This document shows, piece after piece, positions 25,578 through 34,075 of a stretch of DNA of 60,587 bases. The position numbers and the translations under genes were made by a program. The DNA is from an uncultured Anaerolineae bacterium (GTDB taxonomy: Bacteria > Chloroflexota > Anaerolineae > VGOG01), in assembly GCA_964625745.1 (NCBI GenBank), contig CAZVCJ010000005.1, forward strand, positions 6,514 through 67,100, given 5' to 3'. The first letter of the stretch is position 1; each line of letters opens with the position of its first letter. The notes under the pieces are model-generated. The model searched no databases and had not been told where the DNA came from. It saw only the letters and a list, made by a program, of their open reading frames with translations.

Positions 25578-28127
25578 ATGATCCCGCTCAAACTTCAATT
25601 ACGCAATTTCATGTGTTACCGCGAGCTCGATTCTCTGGATTTCTCGGGCATCCACCTGGCTTGCCTGGCCGGGGACAACGGCCACGGCAAGTCGGCCCTG
25701 CTGGATGCGATGACCTGGGCGCTATGGGGCAAGGCCCGCGCCAAACACGACGACGAGCTGATCCACCTGGGCCAGACGGAGATGGAGGTGGAGTTTGAGT
25801 TCGCCCTCGGCGAGAACCGCTACCGGGTCATCCGCAAACGGGACAGCCATGGGCGGGGGCAAAGCTCCCTGGAGCTACAGGTGCGCGACGACCACCTCTT
25901 TCGCCCCCTCACCGAGCCCACCATACGCCAGACCCAGGCCCGCATCAACAGGCTCCTGCGCATGGACTACGAGACCTTCATCAACTCGGCCTTCCTCCTG
26001 CAGGGACGCGCCGACGAGTTCACCACCAAGACCCCTGCCGAACGCAAGCGCGTCCTCGGCGAAATCCTGGGCCTCTCCCTCTACGATCAGTACGAAGAGC
26101 GAGCCAAGGAACGAGCTAAGGCCAGGGAAATAGAAGCCGAGCAAATCACAGCCCAGATCCGAGAGATGGAGCGGGAGCTGGAACGAAAGCCAGAATATGA
26201 GAGGGAGTTAAAACAGGCCCAGACTGACGTTGAGAGCTTGAACGCCACCTTGAGAGGGGCCGAGGAGGAGCTTCGCAAGCTGCGAGAGGAGTGGAAGGAA
26301 CTGGATCTTAAGCGAGTCCAGATCGAGGAGCTCTCGGCTCGGCTGGCCCAGGGAGAGCGAGAGCTGGCCGAAATCGGAGAGCAAATGGCGGCCTGCCAGG
26401 AACGCCTGGATGAGTACGAGGCGATCATACGTGACAAGGAGCCCATCGAGCGGGGCTTCGCCGCCCTGACCGCGGCCCGTCAATCCCACGAGGCGCTGAA
26501 CGAGAAGCTGGCAGAACTGGTGAAGCTGAACGAGCGCAAGGGCCAGTTGGAGGCAGCCATCGCCGAAGCCAGGCACGCCCTGAGCCTGGAGCAGCGCCTC
26601 TGTTCGGAAAAGGTGAGAGAGCTTTCGGCCCTGGCCCAAGAGCTGGAGTCACTGGGTACAAAGCTGCCCAGGGTCCGTGCCGAGCTGGAGCACCTGGTCC
26701 AGCAGGAGAGCGAACGGGAGGCCAGGCAGCAGGAGATAGGAGAGCTATCCAACGAGAAAGCCAGCCTCAAGACGCGAAACGAGCAGTTGAAGAGCGAAAT
26801 GGATTCCCTCGAGGAGAAAAACAAGCTTCTACAGGTTGCCGAAGCACAATGCCCTCTGTGCGGCCAGGGGCTTTCGGAAGAGGACAGAGTACGGCTCGTG
26901 GAGCAATTCTCCTCCGAGATGGCAGAGAGCGATGCCCTCTACCAGGCCAATCAAGCCCAAATCAAGGACCTGGCCGCCCGGAGCCAGACCCTGGTGCGAG
27001 AGATCGAGGCCATGGGGCAGGAGCTTGCGACCAAGGGGGCTTTGCAAAAGCAGGAGGCGACACTGGAGAAAAGCCTGGCCGAGGCAAAAGGAGCAGCCGA
27101 GGAGCTAGTCAAACGGCAGAAAAAACTGACCGAGTTGGACGAGCGCCTGACCAGCGGAAAATACGCCGAGGCTGAACAGGCCGAATTAGCGGGGCTTTTG
27201 GTCCAAATCGGGGAACTGGGCTACGATCCTGAGGCCCATCAGGAGGTGCGGCGAGACCTCGAAGTCCTCGGACGCTTCGAGGAAGACAAAGCCAGGCTGA
27301 AGGCCGCTCTGGCCCGCGTTGACGAAGAGCGAGCTAACCTGGAACGGCTACGCCATAATAAGGCCCGCTGGCAAGAGACCCTGGCCACTGACCTGGCCAA
27401 AAAAGAAGCTCTGTCTCAGGAATTGACCCGTTTGCCCGAGCTAGTCAGTCGGCTAGAGGGAAAGAGCAGGGAGGTGGACGGGCTGCGGACTAAGGAAGCC
27501 CGCGCTCGCCAGGTCCTGGGGGCGGCCAGGCAGAAGCTGGACTACTGCGAGTACCTGATCAGGGAGCGAGAGAAGAAGCTCAAGGAAAGACGCCGGGTGG
27601 CCGAGGAGAAGGCCATCTACGACGAGCTGAGGCTGGCCTTCGGCAAGAAGGGCCTGCAGGCCATGATCATCGAAAGCGCCATCCCTGAGATCGAGGACGA
27701 GGCCAACAGGCTTCTGGCGCGGATGACCGACGGACGCATGGACATGCGCTTCGAGACCCAACGCGAGACCCTCAAAGGCGACACCGTCGAGACGCTGGCC
27801 ATCAACATCTCCGACGAGCTGGGCACCCGCAGCTACGAGCTCTACAGCGGAGGGGAGAGCTTCCGCGTCAACTTCGCCATCCGCATCGCCCTGTCCAAGC
27901 TACTGGCCCGCCGCGCCGGGGCCAGGCTGCAAACCCTGGTCATTGACGAGGGCTTCGGCACCCAGGACACCCAGGGACGGGAGCGACTGGTGGAAGCCAT
28001 CAACTCCATTCGGGATGATTTCGAGAAGATCCTGGTCGTCACCCACATCGAGGAGCTGAAGGACGCCTTCCCCGTGCGCATTGACGTTTTCAAAACCCCC
28101 CAGGGCTCGCAGGTGGCGATCAACTGA
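25578..28127 (+). CDS. sbcC: SbcC/Rad50-family ATPase
   Basis: Walker A GDNGHGKSALLDA, long coiled coil with CPLCGQ zinc hook, signature LYSGGESFRV, Walker B LVIDEGFG. ATG 25578 after GGAGG. Confidence 0.88.
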   Translation: MIPLKLQLRNFMCYRELDSLDFSGIHLACLAGDNGHGKSALLDAMTWALWGKARAKHDDELIHLGQTEMEVEFEFALGENRYRVIRKRDSHGRGQSSLELQVRDDHLFRPLTEPTIRQTQARINRLLRMDYETFINSAFLLQGRADEFTTKTPAERKRVLGEILGLSLYDQYEERAKERAKAREIEAEQITAQIREMERELERKPEYERELKQAQTDVESLNATLRGAEEELRKLREEWKELDLKRVQIEELSARLAQGERELAEIGEQMAACQERLDEYEAIIRDKEPIERGFAALTAARQSHEALNEKLAELVKLNERKGQLEAAIAEARHALSLEQRLCSEKVRELSALAQELESLGTKLPRVRAELEHLVQQESEREARQQEIGELSNEKASLKTRNEQLKSEMDSLEEKNKLLQVAEAQCPLCGQGLSEEDRVRLVEQFSSEMAESDALYQANQAQIKDLAARSQTLVREIEAMGQELATKGALQKQEATLEKSLAEAKGAAEELVKRQKKLTELDERLTSGKYAEAEQAELAGLLVQIGELGYDPEAHQEVRRDLEVLGRFEEDKARLKAALARVDEERANLERLRHNKARWQETLATDLAKKEALSQELTRLPELVSRLEGKSREVDGLRTKEARARQVLGAARQKLDYCEYLIREREKKLKERRRVAEEKAIYDELRLAFGKKGLQAMIIESAIPEIEDEANRLLARMTDGRMDMRFETQRETLKGDTVETLAINISDELGTRSYELYSGGESFRVNFAIRIALSKLLARRAGARLQTLVIDEGFGTQDTQGRERLVEAINSIRDDFEKILVVTHIEELKDAFPVRIDVFKTPQGSQVAIN

Positions 28128-28132
28128 TTATC

Positions 28133-28161
28133 TTGACAGAGATTCGATTTCACGGTATACT
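28133..28161 (+). promoter_or_regulatory. sigma70-like promoter TTGACA-N17-TATACT
   Basis: Begins 6 nt after the sbcC stop and points into the toxin-antitoxin cassette. Confidence 0.5.
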
Positions 28162-28209
28162 AAACTATGCGAGTTTTCTGGTAAACGTGCACGTAAGCAG
28201 GAGGCAACG

Positions 28210-28467
28210 ATGAGTGATATCAAATTGTCAACTGTCAAAACCTTTTATGACCAACAGGGTGTCCCTCGCGAAGTACTGTTGAGCTATGACATCTACCGCG
28301 AAATGATGAGAGCGATCCGCGAGTTGGCGGTCGAGACTAAGCAAGCATATTTTTGGACGGAACAGTGGCAGGCAATGGAACGGGCTGCAGACGAGGCCGC
28401 TGCCCAGGGTCAATTCCGCACCTTTGACTCGATGGATGAGATGCTTGACTTCCTGGATGCCCAATGA
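28210..28467 (+). CDS. putative antitoxin (85 aa)
   Basis: AGGAGG RBS; acidic C-terminus; overlaps the next ORF by ATGA (28464). Confidence 0.5.
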   Translation: MSDIKLSTVKTFYDQQGVPREVLLSYDIYREMMRAIRELAVETKQAYFWTEQWQAMERAADEAAAQGQFRTFDSMDEMLDFLDAQ

Positions 28468-28676
28468 TTCGCTACCGCCCCCTGAAAACATTCTGGGAGG
28501 CTTACGCTGAACTCCCCGCCCATATCAAGACAAAAGTCCGACAGACGTTCAAGCTCTTCCAACAAGGCGCCGAACATCCGCCCTTTCACCCCTCGCTTCG
28601 CATCCGCAAGATGCGAGGATACCCCAACATCACCCCGCTGTACATTGCCAGCCTTCCTCTTCCCTGTGCGCATTGA
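28464..28676 (+). pseudogene. truncated RelE/ParE-family toxin fused to a displaced sbcC 3' fragment
   Basis: FKLFQQGAEHPPFHPSLRIRKMRGYPNI matches the N-half of ParE/RelE-like toxins. The frame then runs into the sbcC-tail copy and stops, and the C-terminal half is absent. Confidence 0.5.
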
Positions 28677-28718
28677 CGTGTTCAAAACGCCCCAGGGCTT
28701 GCAGGTAGCGATTAGCTG
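28659..28718 (+). repeat. second copy of the sbcC 3' end
   Basis: About 85% identical to 28066-28127. It encodes FPVRIDVFKTPQGLQVAIS* versus the authentic FPVRIDVFKTPQGSQVAIN*. Confidence 0.8.
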
Positions 28719-28742
28719 ACTAACGAGACCTGACAGGTTTTT

Positions 28743-29459
28743 CTAAACCTGCCAGGTCTGGCTTTCACGGTAGTAGTCGCAGTGCTCACGAAGGACGCAG
28801 GCGGCGCAGCGGGGTTGCTGCGACTTGCAAACCTCACGCCCGTGGGCGATGAGATTGAGGTGGAAGGTGTAGTAGATTTCGGGGGGGAGCAGCTCTTCCA
28901 AGACTTCGTGGGCCCGCTCACGCGAAGTCTTGGGGCCGATGAGGCCCAGGCGCTGGCTCACCCGATGGACGTGGGTGTCTACCGGGAAGGCCGGCTTGCC
29001 CAGGGAGAAGAGAAGCACGATAGCGGCTGTCTTGGGGCCCACTCCGTGCAGCGAGGTCAGCCACCGCCTGGCCTCGTCAACCTCCATCTCAGCCAGGAAG
29101 TCCAGGGTAAGCTCGCCTCGCCCTTCGGCAAGCTCAGGACGCTGCTCCTGCTTGATGACTTGCAGTACCTCCTGGATGCGCGGGGCCTTCACGTTGGCCA
29201 GACCTCCTAGACGGATGGCTTCGGCGACGTCAGTTGTATCGGCAGTCAGCACGCTTTCCCAGGTGGGGAATCTTTCCTTCAACCGCTTCCAAGCTCGATC
29301 GCGGTTCACGTCGGAGGTGTTTTGGGAGAGAATAGTGAAGATCAATTCGCTCAGCGGATCGAGACGGGGCCGCCACTTTTGCTCGCCATACTCCGCGATC
29401 AGGAGCTGGTGAACTGTCAGGGCCTTTGACGTTTCACGTTTCACGTTTTTACGTTTCAC
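28743..29459 (-). CDS. nth: endonuclease III-like HhH-GPD base-excision glycosylase
   Basis: HhH-GPD core (LHGVGPKTAAIVL, FPVDTHVHRV) and Fe-S cluster loop CKSQQPRCAACVLREHC. The predicted N-terminus is encoded by GTGAAACG word repeats, so the start is uncertain. Confidence 0.8.
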   Translation of the reverse strand: MKRKNVKRETSKALTVHQLLIAEYGEQKWRPRLDPLSELIFTILSQNTSDVNRDRAWKRLKERFPTWESVLTADTTDVAEAIRLGGLANVKAPRIQEVLQVIKQEQRPELAEGRGELTLDFLAEMEVDEARRWLTSLHGVGPKTAAIVLLFSLGKPAFPVDTHVHRVSQRLGLIGPKTSRERAHEVLEELLPPEIYYTFHLNLIAHGREVCKSQQPRCAACVLREHCDYYRESQTWQV

Positions 29460-29507
29460 GGTATCTTATGCTCCACAACCTATGCTATCGAACCGAAGGA
29501 GGCTCCA

Positions 29508-29963
29508 ATGATTGACGGCGTCAAAGTGCGCAAGTTACGGCTCATCCCCGACGAGCGGGGCTATTTGATGGAAATGCTGCGCTCCGATTGGGAAGAGTAC
29601 GACAAATTCGGCCAGGTCTACATCACCGCCGTCTACCCCGGCGCGGTCAAGGGCTGGCATTATCACAAAATCCAGACCGACCACTTCATTTGCGTCCACG
29701 GCATGGCCAAGGTGGTGCTCTACGATGGACGCGAAGGCTCGCCCACCCACGGCGAGGTGAACGAGTTCTTCATGGGCGAGCAGAACCCCACGCTGCTCAA
29801 GATCCCCGCCGGTGTGATGCACGGCTTCAAGGGCATCGGTCAGGAGATGGCCCTCATCGTTAACGTGCCCACTGAGCTCTACAATTACGAGCAGCCAGAC
29901 GAATACCGCCTGCCCGCCCACACCGACCAGATCCCCTACGATTGGGGCCGCAAAGACGGCTAA
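29508..29963 (+). CDS. dTDP-4-dehydrorhamnose 3,5-epimerase-like cupin
   Basis: 151 aa; DERGYLMEM...VKGWHYHK...D.F.CVHG pattern of RmlC-related cupins. Confidence 0.7.
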   Translation: MIDGVKVRKLRLIPDERGYLMEMLRSDWEEYDKFGQVYITAVYPGAVKGWHYHKIQTDHFICVHGMAKVVLYDGREGSPTHGEVNEFFMGEQNPTLLKIPAGVMHGFKGIGQEMALIVNVPTELYNYEQPDEYRLPAHTDQIPYDWGRKDG

Positions 29964-29980
29964 CACCCAATATCTAATAT

Positions 29981-31489
29981 CTAATCTCCAATACCCAATA
30001 TCCGATTCAACGCTTTCCGTACCGCCTCCCGATCATCCCACGGAACCTCCGTGATGCCAAAACACATGGACTGCTCATGGCCCTTGCCGGTGACGATCAC
30101 CAGGTCCCCGGCCCGGGCCATTTTTACGGCAAATTGGATAGCCTCTCCGCGGTCGCCGACGCGCCAGTAGTCCTCCCCTTCCCTGCACCCCGCGCTCTCG
30201 CAACCGACCGCGATTTGAGCCATGATGGTGTCCAGGTCCTCGGTGCGCGGATCCTCAGCCGTGATGACCACGCGGTCGGCCAGCTTCCCGGCTATCTCCC
30301 CCATCATCGGCCGCTTGGCCATGTCCCGCAGCCCTGCGCAGCCGAAAACGACGATGACCCGGCCATCGGTCAAGCAGCGCGCCGTCTCCAGCACCCGTCG
30401 GAGAGCGTTGGGCGTGTGAGCGAAATCCACGATGGCGATGAAGTCCTGCCCCAGGACGATGCGCTCCATGCGCCCCGGCACCCCTCGCACGGCGACGACG
30501 CCCTCCTGCATAGCCTCGAAAGGAACCGACTGCGAAACACCGACAGCGATGGCCGCCAGGATGTTGTAGACATTGAAAGGGCCGGGGAGCTCTGTCCGCA
30601 CTGCGAACTCCCCATCAGGGGTTACGGCGGTGAAGGTCGTCGCTGTTGGCGTGTACACGATGTCCCGGGCCGTGGCATCTGCTGGCCACTCCAGACTGTA
30701 GGTTAGATGACGGTCGGCGGGGATTGGGCGCAGGTATTCAAAAGAGGAATCATCGGCGTTGAGGATGGAGGTTTTCGGGGTGTCGGGCTTGCGGAAAGAA
30801 CTGGACAGGTCGCGAAAGAGGCGGGCTTTGGCCTCCCGATAGTCCTCGAAGGTTTTGTGATAGTCCAGGTGCTCGTGGGTGATGTTGGTAGCCACTGCCA
30901 CGTCGAAATCGCAGGCCGTGACCCGATGCTGGGCCAGGCCGTGAGAGGTAGCCTCCAGGACAGCGTACTCTGTGCCGGCGGTCACCATCTGAGCCAGGTA
31001 TCGTTGCACCTGGAGCGCATCGGGGGTGGTGACGTGAAGACCTGTCGTGTAGTGCTCGTCGCCGATGAGGGCCTCCACGGTGCTGATCATCCCCGTCTTG
31101 TATCCCGCGGCGGCCAGGATGCTCCGGATGAGCTCGACGGTGGTGGTCTTGCCGTCGGTGCCGGTGACGCCGACGACGCGCAGCTTTCGAGCCGGGTGGT
31201 CGTGGAAGGCGGCAGCCAGGTGAGCGAGAGCCTGGCGGGAATCGGGGACGAGAACGTACGGAACAGAGATGCTCGTCTCCCGCTCACCGACGACGGCCAC
31301 CGCTCCCTGCCGGATCGCATCGGGGATGAAATCGTGGCCGTCGGCATCGAGGCCCTTGACGGCCACGAAGAGATCGCCGGCCTGCACTTGACGCGAGTCC
31401 TGAGCCAGCCCCTTGATTTCCACATCCACGCGACCGTGGACTTGCTTGTGAGATAGAGCGGTTAGCAAGTTAGAAAGCTTCATACCCAT
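29981..31489 (-). CDS. murE: UDP-N-acetylmuramoyl-L-alanyl-D-glutamate--2,6-diaminopimelate ligase
   Basis: VGVTGTDGKTTT P-loop; ITAEDPRTED (DNPR-like) motif. Start at 31489 or 31483; the track start 31666 is rejected as an upstream extension. Confidence 0.88.
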   Translation of the reverse strand: MGMKLSNLLTALSHKQVHGRVDVEIKGLAQDSRQVQAGDLFVAVKGLDADGHDFIPDAIRQGAVAVVGERETSISVPYVLVPDSRQALAHLAAAFHDHPARKLRVVGVTGTDGKTTTVELIRSILAAAGYKTGMISTVEALIGDEHYTTGLHVTTPDALQVQRYLAQMVTAGTEYAVLEATSHGLAQHRVTACDFDVAVATNITHEHLDYHKTFEDYREAKARLFRDLSSSFRKPDTPKTSILNADDSSFEYLRPIPADRHLTYSLEWPADATARDIVYTPTATTFTAVTPDGEFAVRTELPGPFNVYNILAAIAVGVSQSVPFEAMQEGVVAVRGVPGRMERIVLGQDFIAIVDFAHTPNALRRVLETARCLTDGRVIVVFGCAGLRDMAKRPMMGEIAGKLADRVVITAEDPRTEDLDTIMAQIAVGCESAGCREGEDYWRVGDRGEAIQFAVKMARAGDLVIVTGKGHEQSMCFGITEVPWDDREAVRKALNRILGIGD

Positions 31490-31579
31490 CGCCTCAGCGG
31501 TGACATTCTCTCGCTCGCGACGGATTATCAAATCCGTCGCCTGGATCTGACGCTTGTCCTGTCGGGGTTTCCTCCGGTC

Positions 31580-31608
31580 TTGACAGGTTGTGATTGTTCT
31601 GCTATAAT
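31580..31608 (+). promoter_or_regulatory. consensus promoter TTGACA-N17(TGC)-TATAAT pointing into the cassette array (Pc-like)
   Basis: TTGACA 31580-31585, 17-nt spacer ending TGC, TATAAT 31603-31608. Confidence 0.6.
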
Positions 31609-31704
31609 GCCTGGTAAGGTGACCATGGACATACGCCAAAAGAGTGCGCATGGAGTTATTATACAAGAGGATTTCCGTAAATGCAACCCTGCGGATTGTT
31701 TAGG

Positions 31705-31757
31705 CGGATTCCGTCTAAGATACCGAAATAGCGGGGGAAGACGGATTCCGTACAAGA
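31705..31757 (+). promoter_or_regulatory. attI-like region: two 16-nt direct repeats upstream of the first core site
   Basis: CGGATTCCGTCTAAGA (31705-31720) and CGGATTCCGTACAAGA (31742-31757), with GTTAGGC at 31762-31768. Confidence 0.4.
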
Positions 31758-31777
31758 AATAGTTAGGCGCTGGAACG

Positions 31778-32602
31778 GTGGGTGAGATGCGATTCGTTAT
31801 TGCGCTTGGCGAGACCGCTTCGAAGCTGCACCCGGAAGCACAACTCTACATCGATAACCACCTTGCATCATATGGCGGTTGGCTTAGGAACAATCTCAAG
31901 CTGCGAGGGGAGATTCTTCACGATCCTGACGAACCGACGTTGGTTCAACGACTGAACGCTATTTCCGAATCAGAAGTTGAGGTGGTGACGACGTTGCAGG
32001 GTCGGTATTCATTATCCATGATCGGAAAGGTCGTAAACCACCTTCGAGATCGCGGCATAAACGTAGTCGTGACCATCGAGCCCATCCCTGAACACATACG
32101 AGAACTTGCTGGCGCACCTCGAATCAAGTACCACCAAATGCTGGATGCTTCCACACCAGAGTCCCGGCAACTCCGAGTATTCCTCTGTCATACTGCGGCA
32201 GACAAACCGTCGGTGCGCAAACTATACCAAAATATTCGCAAGCTCGGCGCGGAAGTGTGGTTCGACGAAAAGAGTCTGCTCCCCGGGCAAGACTGGAATG
32301 CCGAGATACAGGGAGCCATCCGCAACAGCGACCTCGTGCTCGTCTGTCTTTCGACTCGAGCAGTCAATAGAGTCGGCTATCTACAGAAGGAGATTCGGTA
32401 CGCGTTGGATTACGCAGACGAACAACCGGAGGGTTCCGTCTATGTCGTTCCAGTTAAACTCGAAGAGTGCGATGTCCCCAGCCGCTTAACACGGTGGCAA
32501 TGGGTGAATCTGTGGGAGGACGGCGGATTCGATAGGCTCGCTCAGGCACTACATGCTCGCGCAAGCGACTTAAGACGACGCTCAACGAATGGAGGTGCCT
32601 AA
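31778..32602 (+). CDS. TIR-domain protein with unknown ~135-aa N-terminal domain
   Basis: RVFLCHTAADKPSVRKLYQNIRKLGAEVWFDEKSLLPGQDW..I..AIRNSDLVLVCLS....RVGYLQKEIRYAL is a bacterial TIR_2 pattern including the conserved Glu. Start GTG 31778 or ATG 31787. Confidence 0.8.
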   Translation: MGEMRFVIALGETASKLHPEAQLYIDNHLASYGGWLRNNLKLRGEILHDPDEPTLVQRLNAISESEVEVVTTLQGRYSLSMIGKVVNHLRDRGINVVVTIEPIPEHIRELAGAPRIKYHQMLDASTPESRQLRVFLCHTAADKPSVRKLYQNIRKLGAEVWFDEKSLLPGQDWNAEIQGAIRNSDLVLVCLSTRAVNRVGYLQKEIRYALDYADEQPEGSVYVVPVKLEECDVPSRLTRWQWVNLWEDGGFDRLAQALHARASDLRRRSTNGGA

Positions 32603-32656
32603 CAAGCAAAATCAGCCGACGCTCGTACCTCGCGCGGCTGATTTGCAGCGTTAGAT
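32597..32656 (+). repeat. attC-like site 1
   Basis: Inverse core GCCTAAC overlaps the TAA stop. A 12-bp stem GCAAA(A)TCAGCCG/CGGCTGATTTGC has one extrahelical A, with a 16-nt loop. Core GTTAGAT at 32650-32656; a second GTTAGAC abuts the next ATG. Confidence 0.6.
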
Positions 32657-32668
32657 TTACAGTTAGAC

Positions 32669-33259
32669 ATGAAAACATTTATTGGAATAGACCCCGGTGG
32701 CGTCAAAGCCTTTGGCTGGTGCGTTATGGATGCAGCCCTCCCGGCACTATCGGTCAGTCGAATAGTAACTGGCACATGTTCTGGCATTTCAGAAGCTATT
32801 CCAGAGATTGAGCGGATTTGTGAAACTCAACCAGTCGGGGCAGGAATAGACGCACCGCTATATTGGGCACGAGCTGGCGAAAGAATGGCGGATCAGAAAA
32901 TCCGCAAAGCTGTCGCAAAAGCTGGTGGTTCCTCTTCTACTGTTGGTCACGTCAATTCATTACGCGGTGCATGTCTTGTTCAAGGCGTGCTCTCAGCAGT
33001 TGGACTTGCCGAAAAATGGCCACAAATTGCAATTACGGAGTCCCATCCCAAGGCCTTACTTTCTGTATGGCCCGGAGCTGTAGAATTTGTCAGACAATTT
33101 GAATTTTCAACCGATCATGAGCGAGATGCCGCGATTGGGGCATATGCGGCTTTTGCGTTTTTATCGCAATGGCCTCAATGGGTTGATTGGGTAGAATTAG
33201 AAGAAAGCTGCTTCATACCGTCTGGAGGGAAAGTAGCCTATTGGTTTCCACGGGTTTGA
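32669..33259 (+). CDS. DUF429-like (RNase H-fold) predicted nuclease
   Basis: FIGIDPGGVKAFGW...GIDAPL...ITESHPKA...DHERDA pattern of DUF429. Confidence 0.6.
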   Translation: MKTFIGIDPGGVKAFGWCVMDAALPALSVSRIVTGTCSGISEAIPEIERICETQPVGAGIDAPLYWARAGERMADQKIRKAVAKAGGSSSTVGHVNSLRGACLVQGVLSAVGLAEKWPQIAITESHPKALLSVWPGAVEFVRQFEFSTDHERDAAIGAYAAFAFLSQWPQWVDWVELEESCFIPSGGKVAYWFPRV

Positions 33260-33260
33260 A

Positions 33261-33320
33261 ATCTAGCATTCGGGTGGTAGGGACGCTCGTTCCTCGCGCC
33301 CCACACCCGAGGCGTTATAC
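33261..33320 (+). repeat. attC-like site 2
   Basis: ATCTAGC, stem TCGGGTG(T)G, loop containing ACGCTCGTTCCTCGCG, core GTTATAC. Confidence 0.5.
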
Positions 33321-33332
33321 GAGAGGAGAATT

Positions 33333-33941
33333 ATGACTGAGTATGAGGAGTACAGCCTACTTATTAGATTTCTCGGATCTCTTGTAACTGTTTTGGCAGT
33401 AATTGTTGCCATATGGGGTGAACGGTTGCGCCAGTTGTGGACTAAACCAAAGCTCAAAATATCGCTTGCCGACCCTCAAGGGTCATTTACCACCAGAGCA
33501 GACAAAAAAAAGGCAAGATACTACAGTCTTGATGTCAGAAACGATCGACGTTCGTCTCCAGCAAAAAATGTCAGAGTGCTTCTAACAGAAATCATCAAAC
33601 AAGGCCCTGATGGCAACTGGAGACCTATCGTTTTTAGTGGACCCGTTCATGTAACCTGGAAATGGCCAAACATAACTCCAGCATATACAACAATTGGTCC
33701 TGATGAAATGGCGACTTTCGGTTTTGTCGTTGAAGATGCCAAATGGTTTGCTCTTCAGTTGTATTGGTGTCCTAACAATTTAGAACCAGCTTTTCCTCCA
33801 AACGAACCAATTAGACTGAAATTCAAAGCAGTATCTGATTCAGAAGAATCCAATACTCTTACTGTACAGGTAGCATGGGATGGTATGTGGAGTGAAGGTA
33901 GTAAAGAGATGCAACAACATCTTATCGTCAAGGAAATCTAA
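33333..33941 (+). CDS. hypothetical protein: one N-terminal TM helix plus ~165-aa beta-rich domain
   Basis: LLIRFLGSLVTVLAVIVAIWG helix; RBS GAGAGGAG; AT-rich; no recognised domain. Confidence 0.6.
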   Translation: MTEYEEYSLLIRFLGSLVTVLAVIVAIWGERLRQLWTKPKLKISLADPQGSFTTRADKKKARYYSLDVRNDRRSSPAKNVRVLLTEIIKQGPDGNWRPIVFSGPVHVTWKWPNITPAYTTIGPDEMATFGFVVEDAKWFALQLYWCPNNLEPAFPPNEPIRLKFKAVSDSEESNTLTVQVAWDGMWSEGSKEMQQHLIVKEI

Positions 33942-33948
33942 TAAAATC

Positions 33949-33999
33949 ATATAACCAGGCTAATGCAGCCGACGCAAGAAGCCGCGCGGCCGGTTAGCG
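33949..33999 (+). repeat. attC-like site 3 (shorter, more degenerate)
   Basis: ATATAAC ... GCTAATGCAGCCG acgcaagaagccgcg CGGCCGGTTAGC; core GTTAGCG. Confidence 0.4.
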
Positions 34000-34075
34000 A
34001 CGTCAGGGCGGCTGGACATTCCTCACCCTCTCAGGCCCAATTCTGACCACGCCGAAAAGGTATCCAAATACAAAA

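Larger units (their letters stand above)
31762..33999 (+). mobile_element. integron-type array of three gene cassettes; no integrase in the window
   Basis: Core sites GTTAGGC, GTTAGAT, GTTATAC and GTTAGCG delimit units of 888, 664 and 679 bp. Each unit carries one ORF plus an imperfect palindrome whose inverse core complements the core in front of that same unit. Confidence 0.65.

Noticed and set aside
31528-31755. 75-aa minus-strand ORF in the attI-like region as a possible integrase remnant
   Set aside because: It has no tyrosine-recombinase motifs (R..H..R..Y). It is Arg/Pro-rich, overlaps the consensus promoter and direct repeats, and is too short.
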